Shown here piece by piece: positions 11,579-23,388 of a DNA stretch of 64,000 nucleotides (positions within the stretch are counted from its first letter, which is position 1; every line of letters begins with the position of its first letter). This DNA is from Octopus sinensis (taxonomy: Eukaryota), in contig NC_043023.1 in the NCBI RefSeq assembly GCF_006345805.1, forward strand, positions 2,046,001-2,110,000, written 5' to 3'. A program made the translations under genes and the position numbers. Under the pieces are notes generated by a model. The model did not search any database and was not told the origin of the DNA. It was given only the letters and a program-made list of their open reading frames with translations.

Positions 11579-11807
11579 TATGTATGTGTGTTTGTGTGTC
11601 TGTGTTTGTCCCCCAAGCATTGCTTGACAACTGATGCTGGTGTGTTTACGTCCCCGTAACTTAGCGGTTCGGCAAAAGAGACCGATAGAATAAGTACTGG
11701 GGCTTACAAAGAATAAGTTCCGGGGTCGATTTGCTCGACTAAAGGCGGTGCTCCAGCATGGCCGCAGTCATTTGACTGAAACAAGTAAAAGAGTAAAGAG
11801 TAAAGAG
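11366..11807 (+). mobile_element. SINE S1
   Basis: Full-length copy with head, microsatellite and tail. Confidence 0.9.
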
Positions 11808-12101
11808 TATATATATATATATATATATATACAAAATGAGAAAATGGAGAAATATATCTAAATCAATCATCAACTATCAGATAATACCGAATCATATACT
11901 TTATTAAAACACTACACAATAGCAATGAGATTAGACATTAATACAGTACAATAATTACAAACAATATGGTGAGATATAACTAAATAAATATAACAAGATA
12001 TAAAAATACATTTACATTTACAGAGTTCAAATTCCGTGAATGTCGACTTTATATATATAACAAAGTGAAGTTGTAAGGTACCGTATGAGTGGAATTATAT
12101 A

Positions 12102-12429
12102 TGAAAGAAGGTTTGAAAATGCAATTTTAAAAGATGTTTATTTACTTTACCGGTTTCACTTTTTTAGAAAAGGATTGTCAAAAGTAACATGTAAAAGCTT
12201 TGTTGTGTTAGGTGCTGGTTATCACAAAATATTACAATATATATATATATATACATTCTTTGATTATAAGAACATGTTAAGAACAGTTTACAAGGGAAAA
12301 TCTTGGGAAAATATATATATTTTCCCAACCAAGCTTTTACATGTTACTTTTGACAATCTTTTTCTAAAGAAGTGAAACCGGTCAAGTAAATAAACATCTT
12401 TTAAAATTGCATTTTCAAACCTTCTTTCA
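12102..12429. mobile_element. Foldback/MITE-like element with 99-bp TIRs
   Basis: 12102-12200 is the reverse complement of 12331-12429 with 3 mismatches; TA-rich flanks. Confidence 0.85.
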
Positions 12430-12460
<31 letters not shown>

Positions 12461-12554
12461 GAGATAGTAGTACAACAGTGCACCAATATTTACTGGAAAT
12501 AGCCCTTGATAATATACGATGCTATACTAAAGCATCACTGTGTGTGTATATATT

Positions 12555-12939
12555 ACTCTTTTAATTGTTTCAGTCATTTTGACTGCGGCCATGCTGGAGC
12601 ACTGCCTTTAGTCGAGCAAATCGACCCCAGGACTTATTCTTTATAAGCCGGGTACTTATTCTATCGGTCTCTTTTGCCGAACCGCTAAGTTACAGGGACA
12701 TGAACACACCAGCATTGGTTGCCAAGCAATGCTAGCGGGACAAACACAGACACACACACGCATATATATATATATACGACGGGCTTCTTTCGGTTTCCAT
12801 CTACCAAATCCACTCACGAGGCTTTGGTCAGCTCGAGGCTATAGAAGAAGACACTTGCCCAAAGTACCACGCAGTGGGACTGAACCCGGTACCATGTGGT
12901 TGGTAAGCAAGCTACTTACCACACAGCCACCCCTGCGCC

Positions 12940-12941
<2 letters not shown>
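12555..12941 (-). mobile_element. SINE S1
   Basis: Full-length copy. Confidence 0.9.
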
Positions 12942-12971
<30 letters not shown>

Positions 12972-13015
12972 CGCACACACACACATATGTACATACACAC
13001 ATACATGTATATACA

Positions 13016-13374
13016 TAGGTGCAGGCGTGGCTGTGTGGAATGAAGTTGTGTCCCAACAACATGGTTCTGGGTTCAATCCTGCATGGCACCTTGGGGATGT
13101 GTCTTGTTCAATAACTTCAGGCCGGCCAAAGCCTTGTGAGTGGATTTGGTAGACGGAAACTGGAAGAAGCCCGTCGTATATATATGTGTGTGTGTGTGTG
13201 TATGTTAGTTTGTCTGTGTTTGTCCCCCAATATCTCTTGGCAACCGATGCTGGTGTGTTTAATGTCCCCGTAACTTAGCAGTTCAACATAAGAGACCGAT
13301 AGAATAAGTACTATGCTTCCAAAGAATAAGTCCTGGGGTTGATTTCTTGGACTGAAACAAGTAAAAGAATAAAG
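13016..13374 (+). mobile_element. SINE S1
   Basis: Diverged copy, head-to-head with 12555-12941. Confidence 0.8.
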
Positions 13375-13520
13375 GAAAATATATAGGGATATACACACAC
13401 ATTATGTGTGTTTGTGTGTGTTTATAATTAATAATATCAAAGGGTAATCAGAAATATTTGAAATTTCCATTGCCAGTGGCCTAGCGTGGAAAAATTTAGT
13501 CAATAGACTATATAATATTC

Positions 13521-13722
13521 ATATAAATACAGTGTACATTTAAACACATAAGAGGAATCCATCATAGGACTCCTTGTTAGATGGTAAATGTTTTTTTTAT
13601 TTTTCATTCCCTTCAAATTTTAAATCCTAATAGTGGTTTGGAATTTTAACTATTCTTTCTAGCATGCGAGGAGTCCTATGATGGATGCCTCTTTTGTGTT
13701 TAAATGTACACTGTATTTATAT
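13521..13722. mobile_element. Hairpin element with 54-bp inverted arms (copy 1)
   Basis: Arms 13521-13574 and 13669-13722, 2 mismatches. Confidence 0.8.
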
Positions 13723-13729
13723 ATATATA

Positions 13730-14122
13730 CTAGCAGTATCGCCCGGCGTTGCTCGGGTTTGTAAGGGAAATAACTATAGAAGCATTTTTAGAGAGTTATA
13801 GCAAAAAAATAGCAAAAAAATGCATTAAAAATGGAAAAAAAATTATGGTAAATTTTTTTTAAATCGTTGACTCATCGTAGACATTTTTAGAGACATTCCC
13901 TTATATAATAGCGAAAAAAATGCATTAAAATGGAAAAAATTATGGTAAATTTTTTTTAAATCGTAGACTCATCGTAGACGTGCGCTAATACCCAGAAGGG
14001 CTGGATATGAATCACGACTATAAGATACCCGGTTTTGGTTAAACTGCACCGCAAAATGTGGGAGTAGTTAGGAATCTAAATTGTAGGAGACAGACACACA
14101 ACTTCACTTTTATATATAAAGA
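13730..14122 (-). mobile_element. Non-autonomous Helitron, family HA
   Basis: On the minus strand: 5' TC, 3' hairpin CCCGAGCAACGCCGGG, then CTAG, inserted between A and T with no TSD. Confidence 0.85.
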
Positions 14123-14123
14123 T

Positions 14124-14440
14124 ATAGGAAAGACTGTGATAAGAAGCTGGCTTCCCAATCACATGGTTCTGGGTTCAGTTCCACTGTGTGGCACCTTAGG
14201 CAAGTGTCTTCTACTATATGCATTTGTTATGCATTTGTGTCTGTGTTTGTCCCCCCACCATCATCGCTTGACAACTGATGTTAGTGTGTTATGTCCTTGT
14301 GACTTAGCAGTTTGGTAAAAGAGACCAATATAATAAGTACTAGGCTTGCAAAGAATAAGTTCTGGGGTTGATTTGTTTGACTAAAGGCGGTGCTCCAGCA
14401 TGGCCGCAGTCAAATGACTGAACCAAGTAAAAGAATAAAA
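14124..14440 (+). mobile_element. SINE S1 (diverged)
   Basis: Homology to the S1 head, middle and tail. Confidence 0.75.
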
Positions 14441-14448
14441 CATATATT

Positions 14449-14482
<34 letters not shown>

Positions 14483-14603
14483 TACACACATTTATATGTA
14501 ATTTATATAATTATATTACATATGCATACACAAATAAGTACAAAAATATTCACACATTCGCAGATACAAATTCATACATGATAAACAAACACACAGCCAC
14601 ATG

Positions 14604-14634
<31 letters not shown>

Positions 14635-15074
14635 ACGTATACTAATATACAAACACAAATTCATACACGTACACCACACACACAATTTTTGACATATACA
14701 TATACTAATATACAAACACTCATATATACACACCACACACACAAAAGCACAATCTTACGCACACACACACATGCTCAAATACACACGCAAACAAAATCTT
14801 CGACACACACATATACTAATATACAAACACTCATACATACACACCACACACATACAAAAGCATAATCTAACGCACACACATACACATGCACAAATACACA
14901 CGCACACACGATCTTCGGCACACACATACACTAATATACAAACACTCATACATACACACCACACAAAAGCATAATTTTACACGCACACACACACACACAC
15001 ACATGCACAAATACACACACAAATGCAATCTTTGACACACACATATACTTATATACAAACACAACAGCATACTC

Positions 15075-15110
<36 letters not shown>
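14440..15110. repeat. AC-rich tract with ~115-bp higher-order unit
   Basis: The marker ACTAATATACAAACAC recurs near 14703, 14814, 14929 and 15045. Confidence 0.8.
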
Positions 15111-15119
15111 TCATACAGT

Positions 15120-15580
15120 CGTAATTTTATTACGAGAGAGAGACAAGAAAACAATACCAAGACCACAACATCCCTTTTTCAAACAATGCAAAACGAAAAT
15201 CGAAGCAGACAACAAATAAAACACTGCTTGTGATCAGCCGACCCCGTTTTACACTGAGAGACGCAGCCATATTGAATTAGACTGAGAAAGTTCAGCCATC
15301 TTTGAGTCTGGCGTCAGTTTTGCTCCATAAACTGTTCTTCCTTCAAAAGTAATGGACGAAAAGTGCAATAGCAGAACCGAAATCAATGAGACCACAAGGA
15401 AATGTCTCTGTGGTGTGTAATTGCTTGACCATGTAGAAATAGCAGCTCTCTGTCCCTCGCCGTATCGTTGCGTTAGAAGCATACGGCGGTGGCTTTGATC
15501 TCGGGTTTGACGGATCACTTGTGGGGCTGATCTGGGGTTGAGATACGTTGAGTGTATCGAATGAAGTCGCTAATATGATG
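15120..15580. promoter_or_regulatory. CpG-rich unique island, possible promoter or first exon
   Basis: About 20 CpG in ~450 bp; two YY1-like AA.ATGGCT motifs on the minus strand at ~15270-15302. Confidence 0.3.
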
Positions 15581-15717
15581 TATGATATCAAAGGTGTAGA
15601 GGTTGGGCTGTTTATGTGTAGAGGGTATACGTGTATATGCATGTGTGTGTGTGTGTATATGTGCATATATGTGTGTGTATGTGCATATATGTGTGTGTGT
15701 GTGTGTGTTTTTTTAAT

Positions 15718-15965
15718 CTTTTATTCTTCTATTCTATTGTTTGTTTCAGGCATGAAATTGCGGCCATGTTGGAGCAGCGTCTTGAAGAATTTTAATCAGC
15801 AAAATCGACTCCAATACTTGTTTGATTTTCTCAGACTGATACTTATTTTATCAGTCTCTTTCTGCCAAACCGCTAAGTTACAGGGATGTAAATACACCAA
15901 TACCAGTCGTCACACAGTGGTTGGGGACAAACACAAATGCAAAGACCTGCACTCACACACACACA
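15718..15965 (-). mobile_element. SINE S1, 3' half
   Basis: Tail homology only. Confidence 0.65.
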
Positions 15966-16031
15966 CATAGGGTGGTGCAAAAGTCTTGTCAACCCCTACC
16001 GAAAAGTACTGAGAATTATAGAGGGACAGGA

Positions 16032-16187
16032 TCTTTTCGGTTTGACTGGCAGTTTTTCTAGCGGTGTCATATGAAATTGTCACCCATAATTATGACCCTA
16101 GTATCGATCTATTGCATTTCAATCTGTTTTAGGATTAGGGTTAGGGGTGGGGGGAAGGGTATCTTGTTTTCTTCAGAAATGTAAATA
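16032..16187 (+). mobile_element. Unclassified dispersed repeat starting A|TCTTTTCGGTTTGA.YGGCAGTTTTT with a TTAGGG tract
   Basis: Homologous copy at 22550-22694 (-); the same start occurs at 26134 (+). Class is not established. Confidence 0.55.
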
Positions 16188-16659
16188 AAGATGACTTATG
16201 GAAGACTAGCAGTTGTCCATACATGCCAGCCTCCCCTCTTCATACCATTATATGTACATAGGGTAAAAGGTAAAGACTCCCTTCAGTTATGAATGACCAT
16301 GGGATTGCACCTAGAAAGTTCCCCTCTGGGGCAAAAGTCTGAGCAAGGTTGTTTATGGAAGACCAGCAGTTGACCATGCATACCAGTCTCCCCGCTCCAT
16401 GCCACGAATGTTGTCCAAGGGAAAGGCAAAGGGGCCGATACAGCTTGGCACCAGTGACTTCACAGCTGAGTGAACTGGAGCAATGTGAAATAAAGTGTCT
16501 TGTTCAAGAACACAGACGAAAACACATTGGGTTCGGCTAAAAAGTGACTGATAGAATAAATACCGTTCTTAAAATGTATTGGGATCGATTCCTTGGACTA
16601 CAAGTTCTTCAAGGAGGTGCCCTAGTATGGCCACAGTCTAATGAACAAAACAGAAAGAT

Positions 16660-17022
16660 CATATGGTTCCGGGTTCAGTCCCACTGTGTGGCACCTCGGG
16701 CAAGTGTCTTCTACTATAGCCTCGGGCCGACCAAAGCCTTGAGTGGATTTGGTGGACGGAAACTGAAAGAAGCCTGTCGTATATATGTATATATAAGTGT
16801 GTGTGTATATGTTTGTGTGTCTGTGTTTGTCCCCCTAGCATTGCTTGACAACCGATGCTGGTGTGTTTATGTCCCCGTTACTTAGCTGTTCGGCAAAAGA
16901 GACCGATAGAATAAGTACTGGGCTTACAAAAGAATAAGTCCCGGGGTCGAGTTGCTTGATTAAAGGCGGTGCTCCAGCATGGCCGCAGTCAAATGACTGA
17001 AACAAGTAAAAGAGTAAAAGAG
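16660..17022 (+). mobile_element. SINE S1 (5'-truncated)
   Basis: Begins at the B-box region; the rest is intact. Confidence 0.85.
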
Positions 17023-17759
17023 TAAATAAAGTTTTATTAAAAACACCAGAATACTTCCACGTGGGCTCCATTGGTTGTAGGCAGCCTTATCAGTTATTTG
17101 TCATTTTTTTCTCTGAATCTTCGAAATTGCTAAGGTAATTGGTCAACATAGTTGTTGCTGTTGTTGTTGTTGAAGTTGAGAGTCTTCAAAACATAGTCAG
17201 GTGACAGATAATTTTTTTGTTTCCAGGAAATTGTTCTTCAACTTTGAACTCGATAGTAATTGAGGTTGCTAATAAAATATCTGGATAATTTTTAGCATTC
17301 AACAATCAATATCATTTTCTCTGTAGGATTCCAACTTAATTTTTTTCCCCCATATTACACTCTAATTTGATAATTTTCAATTTAAAAAACAAAAATGTCT
17401 AAAATGGGGTAAAATGGCTAATTTCAATAATTTCTTCTCTTTAACTGCATGCTGTGTAAATATATCACGAAGGAAGACACTCCAGAAGATCAGGAAGAAG
17501 CTACAGAGAATATTTTAGGTTGAGGTTTTTGATTTAGTTGTGTTTTGTTAATTTCATATCATGTTCAATTTTCCCCTGGTCCTCTTTCACTTCATTAGAT
17601 ATTTAAAATGTTTGTGGTATTTTTGATCTTTATGATGTCTAAGGGTTGATATTGGCTTGTATATTAGTTGGAATTTACAAAAAAAAAAACAATAGACAAA
17701 GATGGGTATGTAAACAACAAACAGGTGTATTAGTTTAATGCTCAGGAAGGTGAGAAAGT

Positions 17760-17796
17760 CTTTTACATTTTGAGCCTATGCTCTTTGACAGAAAGG
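17760..17796 (-). ncRNA. Family H2 hammerhead-like motif, CpG-decayed copy
   Basis: CCTTT-CTGTCAA-A-GAGC-ATAG-GCTC-AAAAT-GTA-AAAG. The flanks (17690-17815) are homologous to 8960-9105. Confidence 0.45.
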
Positions 17797-17815
17797 TACA
17801 CGAGAAAATAAAAAT

Positions 17816-18688
17816 GTTTGGTTCCAACAGGATGAGGCAGCAGCCCAGACTTCTCGACGTGTGATGGGGATTTTGAGGGAGATGTTCTCTAGTCATTTTA
17901 TCTCATTGCACGATGGCATCGGTTGGTCCACCCAACCACCTGTTTTGAACCTGTGTGATTTGTTCTGAAGGGATACCTGAAATCAAGGGTATACACTCAT
18001 CGCCCTTGATCTAGTGAACAGTTACCGTAAATCCACAAGTATAGTCTGCCCTTGAGTATAATATGCAGGGGATTTTTAGGGGGCTGTACCTCTGAAAAAC
18101 CTAAACCTTGTGTATAATACGCACTCCTTCTCTAACAAAGTCGTGTGTAATTAAGCCAGCAGCACCTAGTCAAACAAACACTTCTGCGCATGCGTAATAC
18201 AATAATGGTGATGTTCTTAACTGTTATATGGGAATGTAAATATGTTTGCAAATTGTTTTTGTTACATGTTTTTCTGTGTTCTGAATACTTTTATTTTAAT
18301 AATTGTTGCTTACTGCAAGTTATGGATGATTCTTTTATGACTTCATTGCTTTCAGGCTTTGCTTAAGGTATTTTCACGCCCGACATCACAAAATGTGTCG
18401 GAATAAACCTTGCTGGACAGCAAATAAAGACTCGGACTTTGCTTAGAAAATATTTTTCATTTCTAACCTCGTATATAGTATGCACAAGGGATTTTGACCT
18501 TTAAATTTGGGGGAAAGAATGCAGTTATACTCAAAGATTTATGGTAAAAGATCCCATTCATCAAGAAATTGCTGCCATTCCATATGAAATGACCCATCAA
18601 GTTATGGACAACTTTCGTGAATGCCTTCAATAGTGTGTGGGACAGTAACAGCACCCACTTGACCGATTTAATTTTTAAAACCAAATGA
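17816..18688 (+). mobile_element. IS630-Tc1-mariner transposase C-terminal relic split by a MITE
   Basis: VWFQQDEAAAQTS...GYLKSRVY...EQL|KDPIHQEIAAIP...HLTDLIFKTK. The frame joins across the insertion. Confidence 0.85.
18025..18544. mobile_element. pogo/Tigger-like non-autonomous element with TA TSD
   Basis: Degenerate TIRs CCGTAAATCC..AAGTATA / TATACTCAAAGATTTATGG, with TA on both sides. Confidence 0.7.
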
Positions 18689-18714
18689 AACAAAATGGTA
18701 TTATATTTCTTCTC

Positions 18715-19104
18715 CTTTTTCTTTTACTTGTTTCATTCATTTTGACTGTGGCCATGCTGGAGCACCGCCTTTAGTCGAGCAAATTGACCCCAGGACTTAT
18801 TCTGTCAGTCTCTTTTGCTGAACTGCTAAGTTACAGGGACGTAAACACACCAGCATCGATTGTCAAGCAATGTTGCTGAGGACAGACACAGACACACAAA
18901 AATACACACACACATATATATGTACATATATATATATATACATATATATGGCGGGCTTCTTTCAGTTTCCATCTACCAAATCCACTCACTATAGCCTAAG
19001 GCTATAGTAAAAGACACTTGTCCAAGGTGCCACGCAGTGGGACTGAACCCAGAACCATGTGATTGGCAAGCAAGCTACTTACCACACAACCACTCCTACG
19101 CCTA
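18715..19104 (-). mobile_element. SINE S1
   Basis: Full-length copy. Confidence 0.85.
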
Positions 19105-19227
19105 TGTACATTTTCGAAAATAAAAACATATTTTTTGTTTTATGCTTTATTTTTGCTTTTACTAAACCGACAAATATGTCAGATAATTTTGCCTAAACTG
19201 TCATTTGGTCAAATGCATTTCTTTCAG

Positions 19228-19440
19228 AGGCAGTGAGCTGGCAGAATCATTAGCACGCCGAGCAAAATACTTAGCGGTATTTCATCTGTTTTTACATTCT
19301 GAGTTCAAATTCCGCCGAGGTCGACTTTGCCTTTCATTCTTTCAGGGTCAATAAATTAAGTGCCAGTTGCATACTGCGGTCAATCTAATCAACTGGCCCC
19401 CTCCCCGCAAAATTTTGGGCCTTATGCCTAGAGTAGAAAA
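19228..19440 (+). mobile_element. SINE S2
   Basis: Head and core homology. Confidence 0.8.
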
Positions 19441-20069
19441 CAATATTATTTTTGTTTGCAAAAAGTCTGGTATTATATTTCTATTTATATATATATATAT
19501 ATATGCAGAAGTGGAAACGACCACTTGGTGGGCCTCCACAATGGTGGAGTTACAATTTCAGGACGGCGATTAGGATCATGTGGATGACAAAGGCACGATC
19601 CAGAGGGGTGAGGACAGCATGCTGTGACCAGCGGTGTGAAATGGATGCCCTACGGACTGGTCGGTCAAGGTGATCAAGGTGATATATATATATATATATA
19701 ATACAAAATAAGAAAATGGAGAAATACACCTTAATCAATAATCAACTACCAGATAATACCGAATCACATAATTTATTAACCCACTACATATGAACATCAA
19801 GGTCAAACATAAAAGTATAGAACAAAACAGTGCACATCAATGAGTGATATGATACAATAAGTACAATATGTATAAGTGAATATAAATAAATATAAATATA
19901 AATATAAACTACATCTTACAGCTGTTTCAGCCATGCAGATATGGGTAGCTCATTATGCTCATATTAGCCAGGTGTGATGTATTAACTTTGTTGGGTACTT
20001 TACTGGCAGTATATTGGATATATGTTATCCCATGGTGGGTTGCACTCACAACCCCTATCTCAATTTGTA

Positions 20070-20120
<51 letters not shown>

Positions 20121-21217
20121 AGAGTAACCCACATGGTGGTTACTCTCTTATATTTATGTATAAGATTTATCGTAATCCAGGTTTTTTATGCACTAAGCCA
20201 CTTGGTGTTAAATGGATGCACTATTAAATTAGTATCCAATTTTCTCACCCTTATTAGTTGATTATATATATAATCATTATAGATATAGGGTGAAAGATAA
20301 TTGATTTAATAAAATCAACAAATTTCACCTAGTAGTTTTTCGGTATGGTCAAACTATTGTATCTCCAGATGCCAAGATATCAGAAATTGTCAAAGTGTAA
20401 TACAACAGTTTTGCTATGGAATGGTGAAACAATTTTTTCATTTTCTGAAAAAGCAAAGTTTTGGACGTATGATGCTTTTGCATAATAGCAACGATATACA
20501 TTGTATGTGTTCAAAATATTTTTGTGCACGCTTTTTTTTTTAAGACTTTTTGTTTTGTTGCTCATCTATTTTGTTTTAATCTGAAATACGAGACAAGAAC
20601 AAAAAAAGAAGCAGCTGTTTTTTGCTTTTTTTTTTTAATCTAAAAGCATTTTTTTTTTTTTTTTTTTTGTGTGTGTGCAAAATTGAAACTGTTTTCTGAA
20701 AAGATGAACTCTATTAAATGAAAACTTTTGAAATTCTGCAAAAAAATGCATGTGTAGATGTGCATGTGTATAGGTTTGTTTTTGTGTGTGTAGACATGTA
20801 GCTGTATCTGTGTGTGTGTCTGTGTAGATGTGTACATGAGTATGTGTGTGTGTGTATCGTGTTTATGTGCATGTGTGTGTATGTGTTTGTATTTAGGTTT
20901 TTGCCAATGAAAATTTATAAAACTAAAAAATATTTTGATGAAAAAACTTTTGATGAAGGTATCGAACTCACACCCCACCCATTTCCTTTTGTTGCTTTTT
21001 TTTGCCTTTTATTAGAGATTCAGACATTTTCAACGACAAATTCCGATTCTATAGAAAAAAACAAAACGTAGATAAAATAAAAAACCGACATAATTTTTTT
21101 AAAACTTCAATCTAACCCCATTTACATCTCACCTACCGTTTTTTTTCTTTTTTAATTCTGGGTAGAAAAATTCTATGTACAAAAGACAAAACTCATTTTT
21201 GAAAAATAGGAATATTA

Positions 21218-22004
21218 TCTCTCTATATATAAAGTTGAAGTTGTCTGTGTATGGCAGGTTTGGTAGCCTTCAACTAACACTATCTTCTCCGAGACCCTAC
21301 GGCACGAGTTGACCAAAATTGAGAGTATGATAGAAGAAGGCTTGCTCTTCCTTCCGTAGAAGAAAAAATTCAAATCGGACCATGTTAACACCAAAAATTA
21401 TTTACATCAAAAAGGTGCTTTTTTCTATGAAAATCCCGGTTTTTTTCTTTTTGATTTTTTTACTGTTGTGTCGCCATTTTTCGGTGTATTTCAACCAGAA
21501 AAATGTTCATTTAAAGGCAATAACAAGCTACATAATGTAAAATCTTTACTTTTCAAAAATTCCAATTCTAAAGGGTCGAAACAAACCCGAGCAACGCCGG
21601 GTGATACTACTGGTCTATATATATAAAGCTGAAGTTGTTTGTGTGTGGCAGGTTTGGTAGCCTTCAACTGACACTATCTCCTTCGAGACCCTGCGGCACA
21701 ATTTGACCAAAATTGAGAGTATGATAGAAGAAGGCTTGCTCTTCCTTCCGTAGAAGAAGAAATTCAAATCGGACCATGTTAACACCAAAAATTATTTAGA
21801 TCAAAAAGATGCTTTTTTTCTATGAAAATCCATATTTTTTTACAATTTTTTGACTGCTGTGTCGCCATTTTTCGGTGTATTTCAACCAGAAAAATGTTCA
21901 CTTGAAGAGAATAACAAGCTACATAATGTCAAATTTTTACTTTTCAAAGATTCCAATTCTAAAGGGTCGAAACAAACCCAAGCAATACCAGGTGATACTG
22001 CTAG
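21218..22004 (+). mobile_element. Head-to-tail dimer of non-autonomous Helitron family HB
   Basis: Units 21218-21613 and 21614-22004, each TC...hairpin...CTRG. The junction is CTGG|TC and the outer flanks are A and T. Confidence 0.85.
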
Positions 22005-22694
22005 TTATTTCTAGCTCCAAGAGGCCATCGCCTCTAGCTAGCTATATGACACAGAAACCTGTGTCCATTATAACCTTTGAAAAGGGGAGGTCAGCCACTT
22101 CCCCTTGTTGGGCAGGCATCTGCAGACATGTTTCAGGGTATTTGCTCTTTATCAATGCAGAGCAGTCAAACCCAGCAGGTGTCACTACTGATCGTCTGTT
22201 CGAAGGATTATTTACCTAAATTCAGTGGAATACATCCTCTGGTTTTCAAAAATAGAAATATTAATATTTCTAAGTCTCTCTAAAGGAGACTACGGCAGTG
22301 GTACTGGATATTAAACAGTTTTCGCACACTTTCTCCCCCCTTCTCTTTACTTCTGTTTCTCCAATCTTATGGTCTTATGGATTCAGATTTTAGTCTAACA
22401 TAACTTTATATATGACCCTTTCGTTTGTGCATGCAGAGGAGCTGCTGTTATTTCAAGCAGATAAAATTCACCAGCAGACAATATTTCAAAGGTCTCCACA
22501 GTGTCACACATTCTTTCCTTCCCCCTTTCAACCTAAAACCTCCACATATCATTTCTGAAGAGAAAAAAATACCCTTCCCCCCACCCCTAACCCTAAAACA
22601 GATTGAAATGCAATAGATCGATTCTAGGGTCATAGTTATGGATGATAATTTCATATGACACCGCTAGAAAAAACTGCCATTCAAACCGAAAAGA

Positions 22695-23059
22695 TCTGGT
22701 TTTTTGCCCAAAATTGGCAGACCTCAGCGCATAAAGACCGCCAATCTACAGAGGTTTTACGGCAGAATCCAAGATTTTCCTCGATTAATCTGTGCGACCA
22801 AGCTGTGCTGGGGAAGTGATTCATAAAAAGCAAAATCTTCCAAGGTAGAACATGGGTGTTTTCCAGAAAGGTATTCTTCAATAAAGATTTAGAATAGGCG
22901 CAGGAGTGGCTCTGTGGTAAGTAGCTTGCTAACCAACCACATGGTTCCAGGTTCAGTCTCACTGCGTGGCATCTTGGGCAAGTGTCTTCTACTATAGCCT
23001 CGGGCCGACCAATGCCTTGTGAGTGGATTTGGTAGACGGAAACTGAAAGCAGCCTGTCG

Positions 23060-23092
<33 letters not shown>

Positions 23093-23388
23093 TTGTGTGT
23101 CTGTATTTGTCCCCCTAGCATTGCTTGACAACCGATGCTGGTGTGTTTACGTCCCCGTCACTTAGCGGTTCGGCAAAATAGACCGATAGAATAAGTACTG
23201 GGCTTACAAAAGAATAAGTCCCGGCAACGCCACATATTCCTTTCCTCGCGGAAAATACATGAAAAATTACATGTTGGACACGTGTGGGTAAATGACAGAA
23301 CACCGTGTTTCATGGAAAATGTAATGGCAGTATTATTTTTACCATGGAAACAGAGAACTCCTTCATAAAGAGTGGTATTGCAACAGTT
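22695..23388 (-). mobile_element. Merlin (IS1595-like) transposase relic A, N-terminal half, split by an S1 SINE
   Basis: AITFSMKHGVLSFTHTCPTCNFSC...WRC, then KNTFLE...KILLF...TSVDWRSLCAEVCQFW. These fit the Merlin zinc-ribbon and DW..FCREVC motifs. Confidence 0.75.
22895..23222 (+). mobile_element. SINE S1 (3'-truncated), inserted in a Merlin relic
   Basis: S1 homology stops at AATAAGTCCC; both flanks encode Merlin-like peptide. Confidence 0.85.

Noticed and set aside
17060-17300. Minus-strand short poly-Gln frame
   Set aside because: Flanked by in-frame stops.
19905-19965. Minus-strand GAAAC-AGCT-GTA half-hammerhead
   Set aside because: No intact CUGANGA upstream.
20325-20392. Minus-strand CTGGAGA...CCGAAA hammerhead-like relic
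   Set aside because: The core and stems carry too many mismatches.
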